Source of the DNA: Bdellovibrionales bacterium
GTDB taxonomy: Bacteria > Bdellovibrionota > Bdellovibrionia > Bdellovibrionales > UBA1609
NCBI GenBank assembly: GCA_965247685.1
Contig: OZ252021.1
Span: forward strand, 1,080,001-1,112,000
Direction: 5' to 3'
Length of the DNA stretch: 32,000 nucleotides
Below the pieces are notes generated by a model. That model saw only the letters and a list, made by a program, of their open reading frames with translations. It made no database searches and was not told the DNA's origin. How positions within the stretch are numbered: the stretch's first letter is position 1; each line of letters starts with the position of its first letter. Positions 1 to 8,809 of this stretch are shown one piece after another. Position numbers and translations under genes: made by a program.

Positions 1-267
1 ACAGGGAAAAAAAATTATCAAAAAGCTTGTATTTATTGTCATGGTGAAAAAGGAGACGGTCAAAGTGCAATGAAGAATACTATGATTGTTCTTCCTCCTT
101 CTTTACTCACCAAGAAAGTGCGAGAAATGACGGATGCTCAAATGTATCATATTATTCATGAAGGTCAGGGTTTGATGGGTTCTTATCGCATGCAAGTGCG
201 AAAGGATAAGGAACGTTGGGCTCTTATTAATTATATTCGTTCTTTACAAAAGGCGGCGCCTTTATGA
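1..267 (+). CDS. Monoheme c-type cytochrome, 5'-truncated at window edge (Alternative Complex III ActE-like)
   Basis: Frame 1 is open from nt 1. It encodes C-I-Y-C-H (CXXCH haem-binding motif) at nt 28-42, upstream of the tracked 65-aa ORF. The C-terminal ERWALINYIRSLQ is typical of ACIII monoheme subunits. Its stop overlaps the next start (ATGA at 264-267). Confidence 0.75.
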   Translation, partial: TGKKNYQKACIYCHGEKGDGQSAMKNTMIVLPPSLLTKKVREMTDAQMYHIIHEGQGLMGSYRMQVRKDKERWALINYIRSLQKAAPL

Positions 268-1436
268 TTCAAAATAGACTGACTTTTCCAAATTATCTTA
301 GAAAGTTGTGCTTTGTTTTTATGGGCACAGGTGGAGTGACTCTATTCGCCAGTTTATTTTTAACAGATCCTAGAAGAGCTGCATTTGCTTATCTTGTTCC
401 CTTTGTTTATTTTTTATTCATTTCTCTGGGAGCTTTGTTTTTCTTATCCATTCAGTATGCGAGCAGTGCAGGTTGGAGTGTTAACATTCGTCGTTTGATA
501 GAAAGTTTAACTCCCTATCTCATTTTTGCCTCCATTTTACTGGTGCCTTTAATCTATTATGGGCCTTATTTGTTTGAGTGGTTTCATAAGGATCACGTTT
601 TACAAGATCCGATATTGAAGGGGAAAGCAGCTTATCTGAATATTCCGTTCTTCTTAATTCGATTGGCAGTGTTTTTTGGCGGATGGTTATTTTTTGCTCA
701 TCAGTTTGTTCGTCTTTCTTCTTTGCAGGATCGAGATGGAGACGTTCGTTGGACACAAAAATTGGTTCGTTATTCTATCGCATTTTTATTCTTTTTTGTT
801 ATATCGTTTTCTTTTTTAAGTGTAGATTTATTGATGAGTTTAGATGCTCATTGGTTTTCTACTATCTTTGGAGTATACACCTTTGCTGGAGCTTTTCAGT
901 CTGTTTTAGCTGTTCTTATTTTAATGACTGTTTATTTTATTCCTCGTTCCGGTGGTCGTGTGAGCAGTGATCACTTGCATGATTTAGGAAAGTTTCTAAT
1001 GGGAATGACTTTATTTTGGGCTTATATTGCTTTTAGTCAGTATATGTTGATTTGGTATGCAAACCTTCCAGAGGAGACGACTTTTTACATTCCTCGATCT
1101 AAAGAGCCTTGGATGTGGGTCTCCTTGTCTTTGGTGGTGTTTAAGTTTGCAGTTCCATTTGTTTGTTTATTACCTCGCTGGGTCAAAAGACATTATAAGG
1201 CAGTGAGTGTGATTTGTATATTGATTTTGATTATGCAATATGTGGATGTTTACTGGCTGGTTTACCCTTCTTATTCGGAAGAAAAACTTTATTGGGGTTT
1301 GTTGGACATGGGATTTTTTATTGGGTTTTTGGGTGTGTTTGTCTATTCTATTGTGAGATTTTTTGGTAAATATTCAGCACTTCCTGAAAAAGATCCAAGA
1401 GGACATGAATCCGATGCTCATCATGTCACTTACTAG
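264..1436 (+). CDS. NrfD/polysulfide-reductase-like polytopic membrane protein, Alternative Complex III subunit ActF-like (quinol:cytochrome c oxidoreductase membrane subunit)
   Basis: 390 aa, highly hydrophobic with many predicted TM helices. The MLIWYANLPEE motif is as I recall it from ActC/ActF-type subunits. It is translationally coupled to the preceding monoheme cytochrome c, matching actE-actF order. Confidence 0.7.
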   Translation: MIQNRLTFPNYLRKLCFVFMGTGGVTLFASLFLTDPRRAAFAYLVPFVYFLFISLGALFFLSIQYASSAGWSVNIRRLIESLTPYLIFASILLVPLIYYGPYLFEWFHKDHVLQDPILKGKAAYLNIPFFLIRLAVFFGGWLFFAHQFVRLSSLQDRDGDVRWTQKLVRYSIAFLFFFVISFSFLSVDLLMSLDAHWFSTIFGVYTFAGAFQSVLAVLILMTVYFIPRSGGRVSSDHLHDLGKFLMGMTLFWAYIAFSQYMLIWYANLPEETTFYIPRSKEPWMWVSLSLVVFKFAVPFVCLLPRWVKRHYKAVSVICILILIMQYVDVYWLVYPSYSEEKLYWGLLDMGFFIGFLGVFVYSIVRFFGKYSALPEKDPRGHESDAHHVTY

Positions 1437-1471
1437 AGGTTGAGTTTCACATTTTGTACGGGAAAATAGAT

Positions 1472-2845
1472 ATGGATTTTAAAATTATTCCACAACTCGC
1501 TCAGAAGCTGAACCTCACTCCACAGATGCTTCAAACTATTGGATTGATGAGTCTTAATATTATCGAACTTGAAAAAGCTGTTCAGAATGAACTAGTCGAT
1601 AACCCCGTACTCGAGGAAAAAGGAGACACACTAGATGATCTCACTCCTTTTGAAGAGCAAGAAAAAGAATACTTAGAGTGGACTCAATACACAGCCACGA
1701 ACGTACAAAATATGTCTTCGAGAGAAACTCCTGAAAAATTTTACGAAAGACATATTCCAACTACAGAGAATTTAAGAGATCATTTGATTGAACAAATTAA
1801 TTACTCGGGTTTTAGTGCGGAAGAAGAAAAAATTCTTTATCAGTTCGTAAATGAGTTAGATGAAAGAGGTTATTTAACAACAGAATTACAAACATTAGCA
1901 AAAAAATGGAATGTTGATTTAAAGCTTCTTAAAGAATTACTTAAAGATATGCACGAGTTGGATCCGCCTGGAGTGGGATCTCGTGATGTTAAAGAATGCA
2001 TCTATCTTCAAGCTCTCAGGATTCCTCAGAATCAGAATATACTTAAGGTGATACAATCTCATTGGGACGATTTATCTCGTCATCAATACTCAAAAATAGC
2101 ACAGGCTATGAGCTTGTCTGTAGAAGAAGTTAAAAATATAGCGAAGAGAATAGCTATGTTTTCACCTAATCCAGGTCATATCTTTCAATCTGAAGAAACC
2201 GAATATGTCGTGCCTGATATTCGTATTCAAAAAAAAGAAGATGGATCTTATGAAGCTGTTCTCAACGAAGATAATATTCCTCAAATACATATTTCCTCGC
2301 ATTACTCTCGCTTTTTGAATAAGATGAAAAAAAAATCTAAAGATCCTGAAGCTAGAAAATATATCATGGAAAAAATGAAGAAAGCTTTAATATTTATTCG
2401 TGCACTCAATCAAAGAAAACATTCTTTAGCTCTCATTGGAGAACTTCTTGTTAATGAGCAGTCTCCTTTCTTCGATAAAGGAGTTCGATTTTTACATCCT
2501 CTGCTTCTTAAGGAGGCTGCAGAAAGGCTTGGATTTCATATTTCTACTGTGAGCCGATTGACGACTAATAAATATATTCATACGCCTCAGGGTATTTTTG
2601 AATTGAAGTATTTCTTTGGGATGAGTTATCTTAATCACAAAGGTGAAAGACTGAGTGTACACTTGGTCCGTTTATTGGTAAAAGGCATCATTCGAAATGA
2701 AAAAGAAGTTTTATCAGATATAAGTATATCAGAAGTTTTAAAAGAAAAAGAAGGTTTAGAACTTTCAAGAAAACAAGTGGCTCGAATTCGAGAAGAAGTA
2801 GGGTTTCCTAATGCTTCGGCACGAAAGCTCATCAAAGGAGATTAA
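1472..2845 (+). CDS. rpoN: RNA polymerase sigma-54 factor RpoN
   Basis: Region I is Q/L-rich (LNLTPQMLQTIGLMSLNIIELEKAVQNELVDNPVLEE). The C-terminal HTH is HISTVSRLTTNKYIHTPQGIFELKYFF, followed by a degenerate RpoN box (RKQVARIRE). The ORF track starts at TTG 1454; ATG 1472 (MDFKIIPQ...) aligns better with typical RpoN N-termini. Confidence 0.93.
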   Translation: MDFKIIPQLAQKLNLTPQMLQTIGLMSLNIIELEKAVQNELVDNPVLEEKGDTLDDLTPFEEQEKEYLEWTQYTATNVQNMSSRETPEKFYERHIPTTENLRDHLIEQINYSGFSAEEEKILYQFVNELDERGYLTTELQTLAKKWNVDLKLLKELLKDMHELDPPGVGSRDVKECIYLQALRIPQNQNILKVIQSHWDDLSRHQYSKIAQAMSLSVEEVKNIAKRIAMFSPNPGHIFQSEETEYVVPDIRIQKKEDGSYEAVLNEDNIPQIHISSHYSRFLNKMKKKSKDPEARKYIMEKMKKALIFIRALNQRKHSLALIGELLVNEQSPFFDKGVRFLHPLLLKEAAERLGFHISTVSRLTTNKYIHTPQGIFELKYFFGMSYLNHKGERLSVHLVRLLVKGIIRNEKEVLSDISISEVLKEKEGLELSRKQVARIREEVGFPNASARKLIKGD

Positions 2846-2846
2846 T

Positions 2847-3968
2847 ATGTCTGAGTACATATTTACAAGTGAATCTGTCTCAGAAGGGCATCCGGATAAA
2901 ATAGCCGATCAAATCAGTGATGCTATTTTAGATTCTTTTTTAGTACAAGATCCTAAAAGCCGTGTGGCCTGTGAGACTCTTTTAGCTCCAGGTTTGGTAG
3001 TGGTTTCAGGTGAAGTGAATGCTCAATGTTATGTAGATATTGCAGGGAGTGCTAAAACTGTTTTAAAAGATATTGGATATAACCATGCAAAAAAAGGTTT
3101 GGATTATAAATCTTGTTCTGTTTTAACAACTATTAATCAACAAAGCCCTGATATTAGTAAAGCTGTAGGATTTGGTAAAAAACAAGGAGCAGGAGATCAG
3201 GGGATTATTTTTGGATATGCTGTAGACGAAACTAAAGATTTTTTACCTTTGAGTATTTCACTCTCTCATCAGCTGATGAAAGATCTAGCTCGACTCAGAA
3301 AATCTGAATGTGATTTTTTATGGCCAGACTCTAAAAGTCAAGTCAGTGTTCGATATAAGGATGGGAAAATAGATTCTGTTTCTCATGTGGTGATTTCTAC
3401 TCAACACTCTCCCGATATCACACTAGATAAATTGAAAGAGTTTATCATCGAGGAGTTGATTAAGAAAAATATTCCGAAAAAATTTTTGAAATCTACGGAG
3501 TACATCATTAATCCAGGCGGCCAATTTATTATTGGCGGTCCAGAAGCAGATATAGGACTTACAGGTCGTAAAATTATTGTGGACTCTTATGGAGGGCATG
3601 GATCTCATGGAGGAGGCTGTTTTTCTGGAAAAGATCCTTCTAAAGTAGATCGATCGGCTGCTTATATCGCTCGTCATATTGCTAAAAATCTTGTCGCGCA
3701 AAATTTGCTCTCGAAATGCCTCATACAAATCTCTTACGCTATCGGTAGGGCAGAACCTGTGAGTCTTTATATTCAAGATTATGGAACTGCTTGTGTACCC
3801 ATAGAACATCTTTATAAGATTATTAATCAAAACTGGGATTTATCTCCTTCTGGCATTATTGAAGAACTCGATCTACTGAAACCTATCTATAGAAAAACAG
3901 CAACCTATGGCCATTTTGGTCGAAACGATGTTTCGTGGGAGAAAATCAAAAAACTCAAAGATGTTTAA
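2847..3968 (+). CDS. metK: S-adenosylmethionine synthetase (methionine adenosyltransferase)
   Basis: FTSESVSEGHPDKIADQISDAILD N-terminus, GAGDQGIIFGYA, DSYGGHGSHGGGCFSGKDPSKVDRSAAY. ATG at 2847 is preceded by AAAGGAG (2835-2840), 1 nt after the rpoN stop. The track ORF start at 2811 is an upstream in-frame extension. Confidence 0.97.
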   Translation: MSEYIFTSESVSEGHPDKIADQISDAILDSFLVQDPKSRVACETLLAPGLVVVSGEVNAQCYVDIAGSAKTVLKDIGYNHAKKGLDYKSCSVLTTINQQSPDISKAVGFGKKQGAGDQGIIFGYAVDETKDFLPLSISLSHQLMKDLARLRKSECDFLWPDSKSQVSVRYKDGKIDSVSHVVISTQHSPDITLDKLKEFIIEELIKKNIPKKFLKSTEYIINPGGQFIIGGPEADIGLTGRKIIVDSYGGHGSHGGGCFSGKDPSKVDRSAAYIARHIAKNLVAQNLLSKCLIQISYAIGRAEPVSLYIQDYGTACVPIEHLYKIINQNWDLSPSGIIEELDLLKPIYRKTATYGHFGRNDVSWEKIKKLKDV

Positions 3969-4858
3969 TTTTTGTAAATTTGATCTAAAGCTTGATCCAA
4001 CTTTGAATATCGAAAAATAAAACCATTTTTCTGCACTCGAAGCGGAAATACACGTTGGCTGCTTGTGATTATTTTGCTCATTTCACCAAATCGAAAATCA
4101 AGAGCCCATTTTGGAATCACCCAAGGAGCAGGTCGTTTCAAAACTTGAGCGAGTACTTTTGTAAATGCTATGTTCGTCACAGGGTGAAGAGATGTTGCAT
4201 TCATGACCCCTTTCCAATGATTGTTCTCTACAGCTTCAATAATGATGCGATGAAGATCATGAATATGAATCCAACTCATCCACTGAGCTCCATCTGATAA
4301 TGTGCCGCCTAAACACCATTTAAAAATAGGAGCTATTTTTTTTAGAAATCCACCAGAACCAGAAAGCACATGACCAAACCGCAACACCACAGTTCGTCCT
4401 TTAAAATTTAAAGCACTTTGCTCCCAATGGACACAGAGCTGAGGAATAAAACCTCTTCCGAAAGGGGAGTCCTCATTTAATATTTCGCTTTGTCGATCTC
4501 CATAATATCCAACGGCAGAAGCATTAATTAATGTGTGAATAGTGGAGAATTTTTGAGCAGTGTTCACCAGTTGATTGGTCAGTAGAATCCTTGAATCTTG
4601 TAATTTTTGTTTTTGCTGAAGAGTCCATCTTTTATTCATAATAGGCTCGCCTGCAAGGTTAATGATGCAGGAAATATTTTCAAAAGCTTTTTCAGGTGGA
4701 GGGGATTCTACGGATTTCCATTCATAACACTGATGGAAAAAGGAGTGTTTGATCTTTTTTCTGACTAAGCATGTAATTTTATGATTTCTTTTATAAAGCT
4801 GCTCAGCCAGTGAAAATCCTACAAGCCCAGTGGCTCCTGTCATGAGAATATTCATCAT
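3965..4858 (-). CDS. TIGR01777/YfcH-like NAD-dependent epimerase family protein (atypical SDR with DUF1731-type C-terminus)
   Basis: N-terminal Rossmann motif MTGATGLVG, about 297 aa, overall pattern typical of the YfcH family. Convergent with metK; the stop codons overlap by 4 nt. Confidence 0.8.
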   Translation of the reverse strand: MMNILMTGATGLVGFSLAEQLYKRNHKITCLVRKKIKHSFFHQCYEWKSVESPPPEKAFENISCIINLAGEPIMNKRWTLQQKQKLQDSRILLTNQLVNTAQKFSTIHTLINASAVGYYGDRQSEILNEDSPFGRGFIPQLCVHWEQSALNFKGRTVVLRFGHVLSGSGGFLKKIAPIFKWCLGGTLSDGAQWMSWIHIHDLHRIIIEAVENNHWKGVMNATSLHPVTNIAFTKVLAQVLKRPAPWVIPKWALDFRFGEMSKIITSSQRVFPLRVQKNGFIFRYSKLDQALDQIYKN

Positions 4859-4945
4859 TTTATTTTAATCTCTTTTAGTCTTGATAGAAAAGCTTTCTTA
4901 TCATATTTTTGTTTTTAAGTCTCTAAAAGACAAGAAAAGGTTAAA

Positions 4946-7774
4946 ATGGAAGAGTTAAGATTCGTTGATCGACATATAGGTCCTCGTGAAGAGGATATTT
5001 CTTCTATGCTTCAAGGTTTTTCTGCAAAAAATTTAGATGACTTTATGCGAAAAAGTGTTCCTTCTGAAATTTTGAATGTAAAAAATCTAAATTTACCTCA
5101 TCCTTTGTCTGAACATCAGCTTATTCATCACTTAAGAGGTCTTGTTCAAAAAAACAAAGTTTTTAAAAATTATATTGGACAAGGGTTTTTTGAATGTCTT
5201 CCTCTGAGTGTAACGAATAGACATATTATTAAAAATCCAGTTTGGTATACTGCTTATACTCCTTATCAATCGGAGCTTGCACAAGGTCGGCTGGAAGCTT
5301 TATTGAACTATCAAACTTTAATCAGTGATTTAACGGGAATGGATTTAGCAAATGCTTCTCTTTTAGATGAGGGAAGTGCAGCTGCAGAGTCTGTTATTAT
5401 GGCATTGAGGATTCATGAGACAGAGAAAAAAACAGTATTTGTAGATGATAATATATGGCCTCAAACATTTTCTGTTTTAGAAACTCGTATGAATTCTTTA
5501 GGAATAAAAATTCAAAAAGGATCTTTTTTAAAAGACGAGCCTTCTGAGGATGTTTTTGCTGTGTTCTTTCAATATCCTTTTGGAGATGGCTCTTTAGTAG
5601 ATATGAAAGATCGTGTTCAAAAGTGGAAAAAGAAAAATATTCTTATTTTGGTGTCTTCTGATTTACTGGCTTCTTGTTTATTGCAGCCTCCAGGAGAATG
5701 GAGAGCTGATGTTGTTGTGGGATCGGCTGGGCGAATAGGGCTTCCTCTTTTTTACGGTGGGCCTCATGCTGCTTTCTTGGCAACCCGAAAAGAGTTTGCT
5801 TCTCATATTCCAGGTCGTATTGTTGGTGTATCTAAAGATCGCCATGGTCATTCAGCGCTTCGCTTGGCTTTACAAACACGAGAACAGCATATTCGAAGAG
5901 AGCGAGCAACCAGTAATATTTGTACTTCACAGGTGCTGCCTGCTGTATTGGTTTCTATGTACGCTGTCTATCATGGTCCTGAAGGGCTTAGGAAAATTGC
6001 AAAAGGTGTTCATGAGCAAACTTGCTACCTTTATTGTCATTTAGCAAAAATGGGTTTTTCTATCTTCCCTTATTTCTTTGATACTCTGAGTTTAAGTCTC
6101 AAAAAAGAACAAAAAGATAAAATTAAAATTTTGACAGAAGCTCAAGGAATCAACCTCGGCTATAATAAAAATGTGGTCAATATTTCTGTAGGTGAAGGTC
6201 AAAAGGATATGGATGAATTAATAAAACTATTCCAAAAAATAAGTTCTTCTTCCTCTCCTGTTGCTGTATCTCAAGAATATGGTTTACCTGCCTCTTTGAT
6301 TCGAAAAAGCTCTTATCTAACTCATGAAGTTTTTCATAAATATCATTCTGAAACAAACCTTGTTCGATATATTTATTCTTTACAAAATAAGGATCTTACA
6401 CTCACCCACTCTATGATTCCTTTAGGTTCTTGTACAATGAAACTCAACGCTGTGACCGAGTTGCAATCTATGACATGGAAGGGGTTTTCCGATATTCATC
6501 CTTTTTGCCCTCATGAACAAGTTTCAGGAAGTTTAGAGATTTTCAAAGAGCTTGAGGATTTTCTATGTGAGATTACAGGATTTAAGACGTTTTGTTTGCA
6601 GCCTAATGCAGGATCTCAAGGAGAGTACGCGGGGCTTATGACTTTTCGTCGATATCATGAAAGTATTGGTGAAGGCTCTCGACATATTTGTCTGATTCCT
6701 TCTTCTGCTCATGGAACAAATCCTGCAAGTGCAAGAGTAGCAGGACTTCAAATAGTCACTGTTAATTGTGATAATGATGGCAGTATTAATATCAAAGATT
6801 TAAAAAAGAAACTTCAAGAACATTCTAGGTATTTATCCAGCCTGATGCTCACCTATCCTTCCACCTGTGGAATTTTTGAAGAGGATGTCTCTCAGATATG
6901 TCAAACAGTGCATGAACATGGAGGTCTTGTTTATTTTGATGGAGCGAATATGAATGCTTTAACAGGGCTTTGTCAGCCGGCTTTACTTGGAATGGATGCG
7001 GGCCACCTCAACCTACATAAGACATTTTGTATCCCTCATGGTGGTGGAGGTCCTGGAGCAGGCCCTATTGGAGTGGTGGAAAAATTGAAGCCTTTTTTAC
7101 CTTCTCATTTTTTCTGGAATGAGGAATCTAAACTCAATCTGAGTTCTTCACCTTTTGGAAATGCGGGAGTGCTTTCTATACCGTGGGCTTATATCCGAAT
7201 GATGGGTTTTGAAGGGTTGAAGAAAGCTTCTCAAGTGGCTATTTTGAATGCGAATTATATGAAGAAAAGACTAGAGTCTCACTACCGTATCTTATTTAAA
7301 GGAAAAAATGATTGTGTGGCTCACGAATGCATTATTGATTTGAGAAAATTCAAATACTCGGCAGGTATTACTGTAACAGATGTGGCTAAAAGATTAATGG
7401 ATTATGGTTTTCATGCTCCAACTGTGAACTGGCCTGTTGCAGGGACTATGATGATTGAACCTACAGAAAGTGAAGATAAAGAAGAGCTGGATCGGTTTTG
7501 TGATGCTCTTATTTCTATTCGAAAAGAGATTCAAGATATTGAAGATAAAAAATCGAATGTTAAAAGTAATGTCTTAAAAAATGCTCCACATACATTGCAG
7601 GATTTAATTATGGAAGAATGGCCTTTTCCTTATACTAAAAAACAGGCCTGTTATCCACTGTCTTATTTGAATCAGAAAAAGTTTTGGCCTTCTGTTTCTA
7701 GAGTGGAGGAGGCTTTTGGAGATATTAATTTATTTTGTTCTTGTACGTCATCAGACCCTTCTATATTGGAATAA
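4946..7774 (+). CDS. gcvP: Glycine dehydrogenase (decarboxylating), single-chain P-protein of the glycine cleavage system
   Basis: 942 aa. FVDRHIGP N-terminus, YTPYQSELAQGRLEALLNYQT, PLP-lysine region NLHKTFCIPHGGGGPGAGPIGV, HAPTVNWPVAGTMMIEPTESE. Confidence 0.97.
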   Translation: MEELRFVDRHIGPREEDISSMLQGFSAKNLDDFMRKSVPSEILNVKNLNLPHPLSEHQLIHHLRGLVQKNKVFKNYIGQGFFECLPLSVTNRHIIKNPVWYTAYTPYQSELAQGRLEALLNYQTLISDLTGMDLANASLLDEGSAAAESVIMALRIHETEKKTVFVDDNIWPQTFSVLETRMNSLGIKIQKGSFLKDEPSEDVFAVFFQYPFGDGSLVDMKDRVQKWKKKNILILVSSDLLASCLLQPPGEWRADVVVGSAGRIGLPLFYGGPHAAFLATRKEFASHIPGRIVGVSKDRHGHSALRLALQTREQHIRRERATSNICTSQVLPAVLVSMYAVYHGPEGLRKIAKGVHEQTCYLYCHLAKMGFSIFPYFFDTLSLSLKKEQKDKIKILTEAQGINLGYNKNVVNISVGEGQKDMDELIKLFQKISSSSSPVAVSQEYGLPASLIRKSSYLTHEVFHKYHSETNLVRYIYSLQNKDLTLTHSMIPLGSCTMKLNAVTELQSMTWKGFSDIHPFCPHEQVSGSLEIFKELEDFLCEITGFKTFCLQPNAGSQGEYAGLMTFRRYHESIGEGSRHICLIPSSAHGTNPASARVAGLQIVTVNCDNDGSINIKDLKKKLQEHSRYLSSLMLTYPSTCGIFEEDVSQICQTVHEHGGLVYFDGANMNALTGLCQPALLGMDAGHLNLHKTFCIPHGGGGPGAGPIGVVEKLKPFLPSHFFWNEESKLNLSSSPFGNAGVLSIPWAYIRMMGFEGLKKASQVAILNANYMKKRLESHYRILFKGKNDCVAHECIIDLRKFKYSAGITVTDVAKRLMDYGFHAPTVNWPVAGTMMIEPTESEDKEELDRFCDALISIRKEIQDIEDKKSNVKSNVLKNAPHTLQDLIMEEWPFPYTKKQACYPLSYLNQKKFWPSVSRVEEAFGDINLFCSCTSSDPSILE

Positions 7775-7778
7775 ACTC

Positions 7779-8726
7779 ATGATATACACGAGTCCGTCTA
7801 ATCTTGCTTTAATTAAGTATATGGGGAAAAAATCAATCTCCAAAAATGATCCGATAAACCCATCTCTTTCCTACACTTTAAAAAATTTGATGACAGGGGT
7901 AAAAATAGAAGCTCATTCTCATTCTGAAGATCAATGGCAGCCTTTAAAAGAAAAGGGTTGGAAGCCTTTATCTTTAAATACCAATGAGCAACACAGATTT
8001 TTATCTTTTTTTAAGAAGCTTAAAAATATATTTTTACTGGAAGGTTATTATACGGTTTATTCTTCCAATAATTTTCCAAAAAGTGTTGGTATTGCCAGCT
8101 CTGCTTCTAGTTTTTCTGCACTGACTTATGCAACTTATCAGTTTTCATTAAAGGAATATCCTCACTTCATGCAAAAAGGTGATAAAGAGCTCGCTTTCAT
8201 CTCCAAAGAAGGATCAGGTTCTTCTTGTCGATCTTTTTTTTCACCTTGGTGTCTATGGGATGAAGATATTAAGGGGTTGTCCTTAAAGTATGACGATTTA
8301 CTTCATCAAGTGTTTGTGGTGCATTCTGAAAGCAAGTCTGTTTCTTCTTCTGAAGCTCATCAAAGAGTGGTATCAAGTCCACTGTTTAAAGACAGAAGAG
8401 ATAGGGCTTCTCAAAGACTGAATGATTTTTTAAAGGCTATGGATCAGGATCAATGGGAGCTTCTTTATCGTATTACTAAAGAAGAGTCTGAAGATATGCA
8501 TCAGCTATTTGAGACTTCTTCCCCCTCTTTTTCTTATAGAACAAAGCATGTGATAAATGTTCTCGAATTTTTGAATCGGTTATGGAAATCCTATAAAGAT
8601 GGTCCTCTTATTACTATGGATGCAGGATCTTCTATTCATTTACTTTATCGATGTGATCAAGATCAACTTCAAAAAGAATGGAATCAGCAACTTATTGAAA
8701 CATTTCCATCTTTATCTATTTATTAA
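7779..8726 (+). CDS. mvaD: Diphosphomevalonate decarboxylase family (GHMP kinase superfamily)
   Basis: NLALIKYMGKK N-terminus, GHMP motif VGIASSASSFSALT, GSGSSCRSFF, TMDAGSS (catalytic Asp region). ATG 7779 lies 5 nt after the gcvP stop; the track start at 7716 overlaps gcvP and is unlikely. Exact substrate (MVAPP versus MVAP) cannot be decided from sequence alone. Confidence 0.82.
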   Translation: MIYTSPSNLALIKYMGKKSISKNDPINPSLSYTLKNLMTGVKIEAHSHSEDQWQPLKEKGWKPLSLNTNEQHRFLSFFKKLKNIFLLEGYYTVYSSNNFPKSVGIASSASSFSALTYATYQFSLKEYPHFMQKGDKELAFISKEGSGSSCRSFFSPWCLWDEDIKGLSLKYDDLLHQVFVVHSESKSVSSSEAHQRVVSSPLFKDRRDRASQRLNDFLKAMDQDQWELLYRITKEESEDMHQLFETSSPSFSYRTKHVINVLEFLNRLWKSYKDGPLITMDAGSSIHLLYRCDQDQLQKEWNQQLIETFPSLSIY

Positions 8727-8809
8727 TAAAAAATCTTTCTGTTGAGTTTATATTTCTGCTTCAGAATTGAAAATACTAAGAAACTGTATTTCTCGATTTG
8801 GTATTGTAG

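Noticed and set aside
520-970. Track ORFs 520..756(-) and 683..970(+) inside the ActF-like gene. Similar shadow ORFs: 2635..2835(-), 3423..3830(-), 4055..4297(+), 5757..6044(+), 6563..6751(-), 11270..11497(+), 15835..16020(-), 17384..17608(-), 17655..17840(+), 20006..20239(-), 21207..21416(+), 23688..23903(+), 26248..26550(-), 26979..27304(-).
   Set aside because: All lie entirely within, or antisense to, genes with strong family motifs. Their translations are low-complexity or biased, as expected from alternative frames of AT-rich coding DNA, and none has an SD or a recognisable motif.
4859-4945. Glycine riboswitch upstream of gcvP.
   Set aside because: Only ~87 nt of very AT-rich sequence is available. 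It has none of the conserved G/C-rich glycine-aptamer cores and too little length for even a single aptamer plus expression platform.
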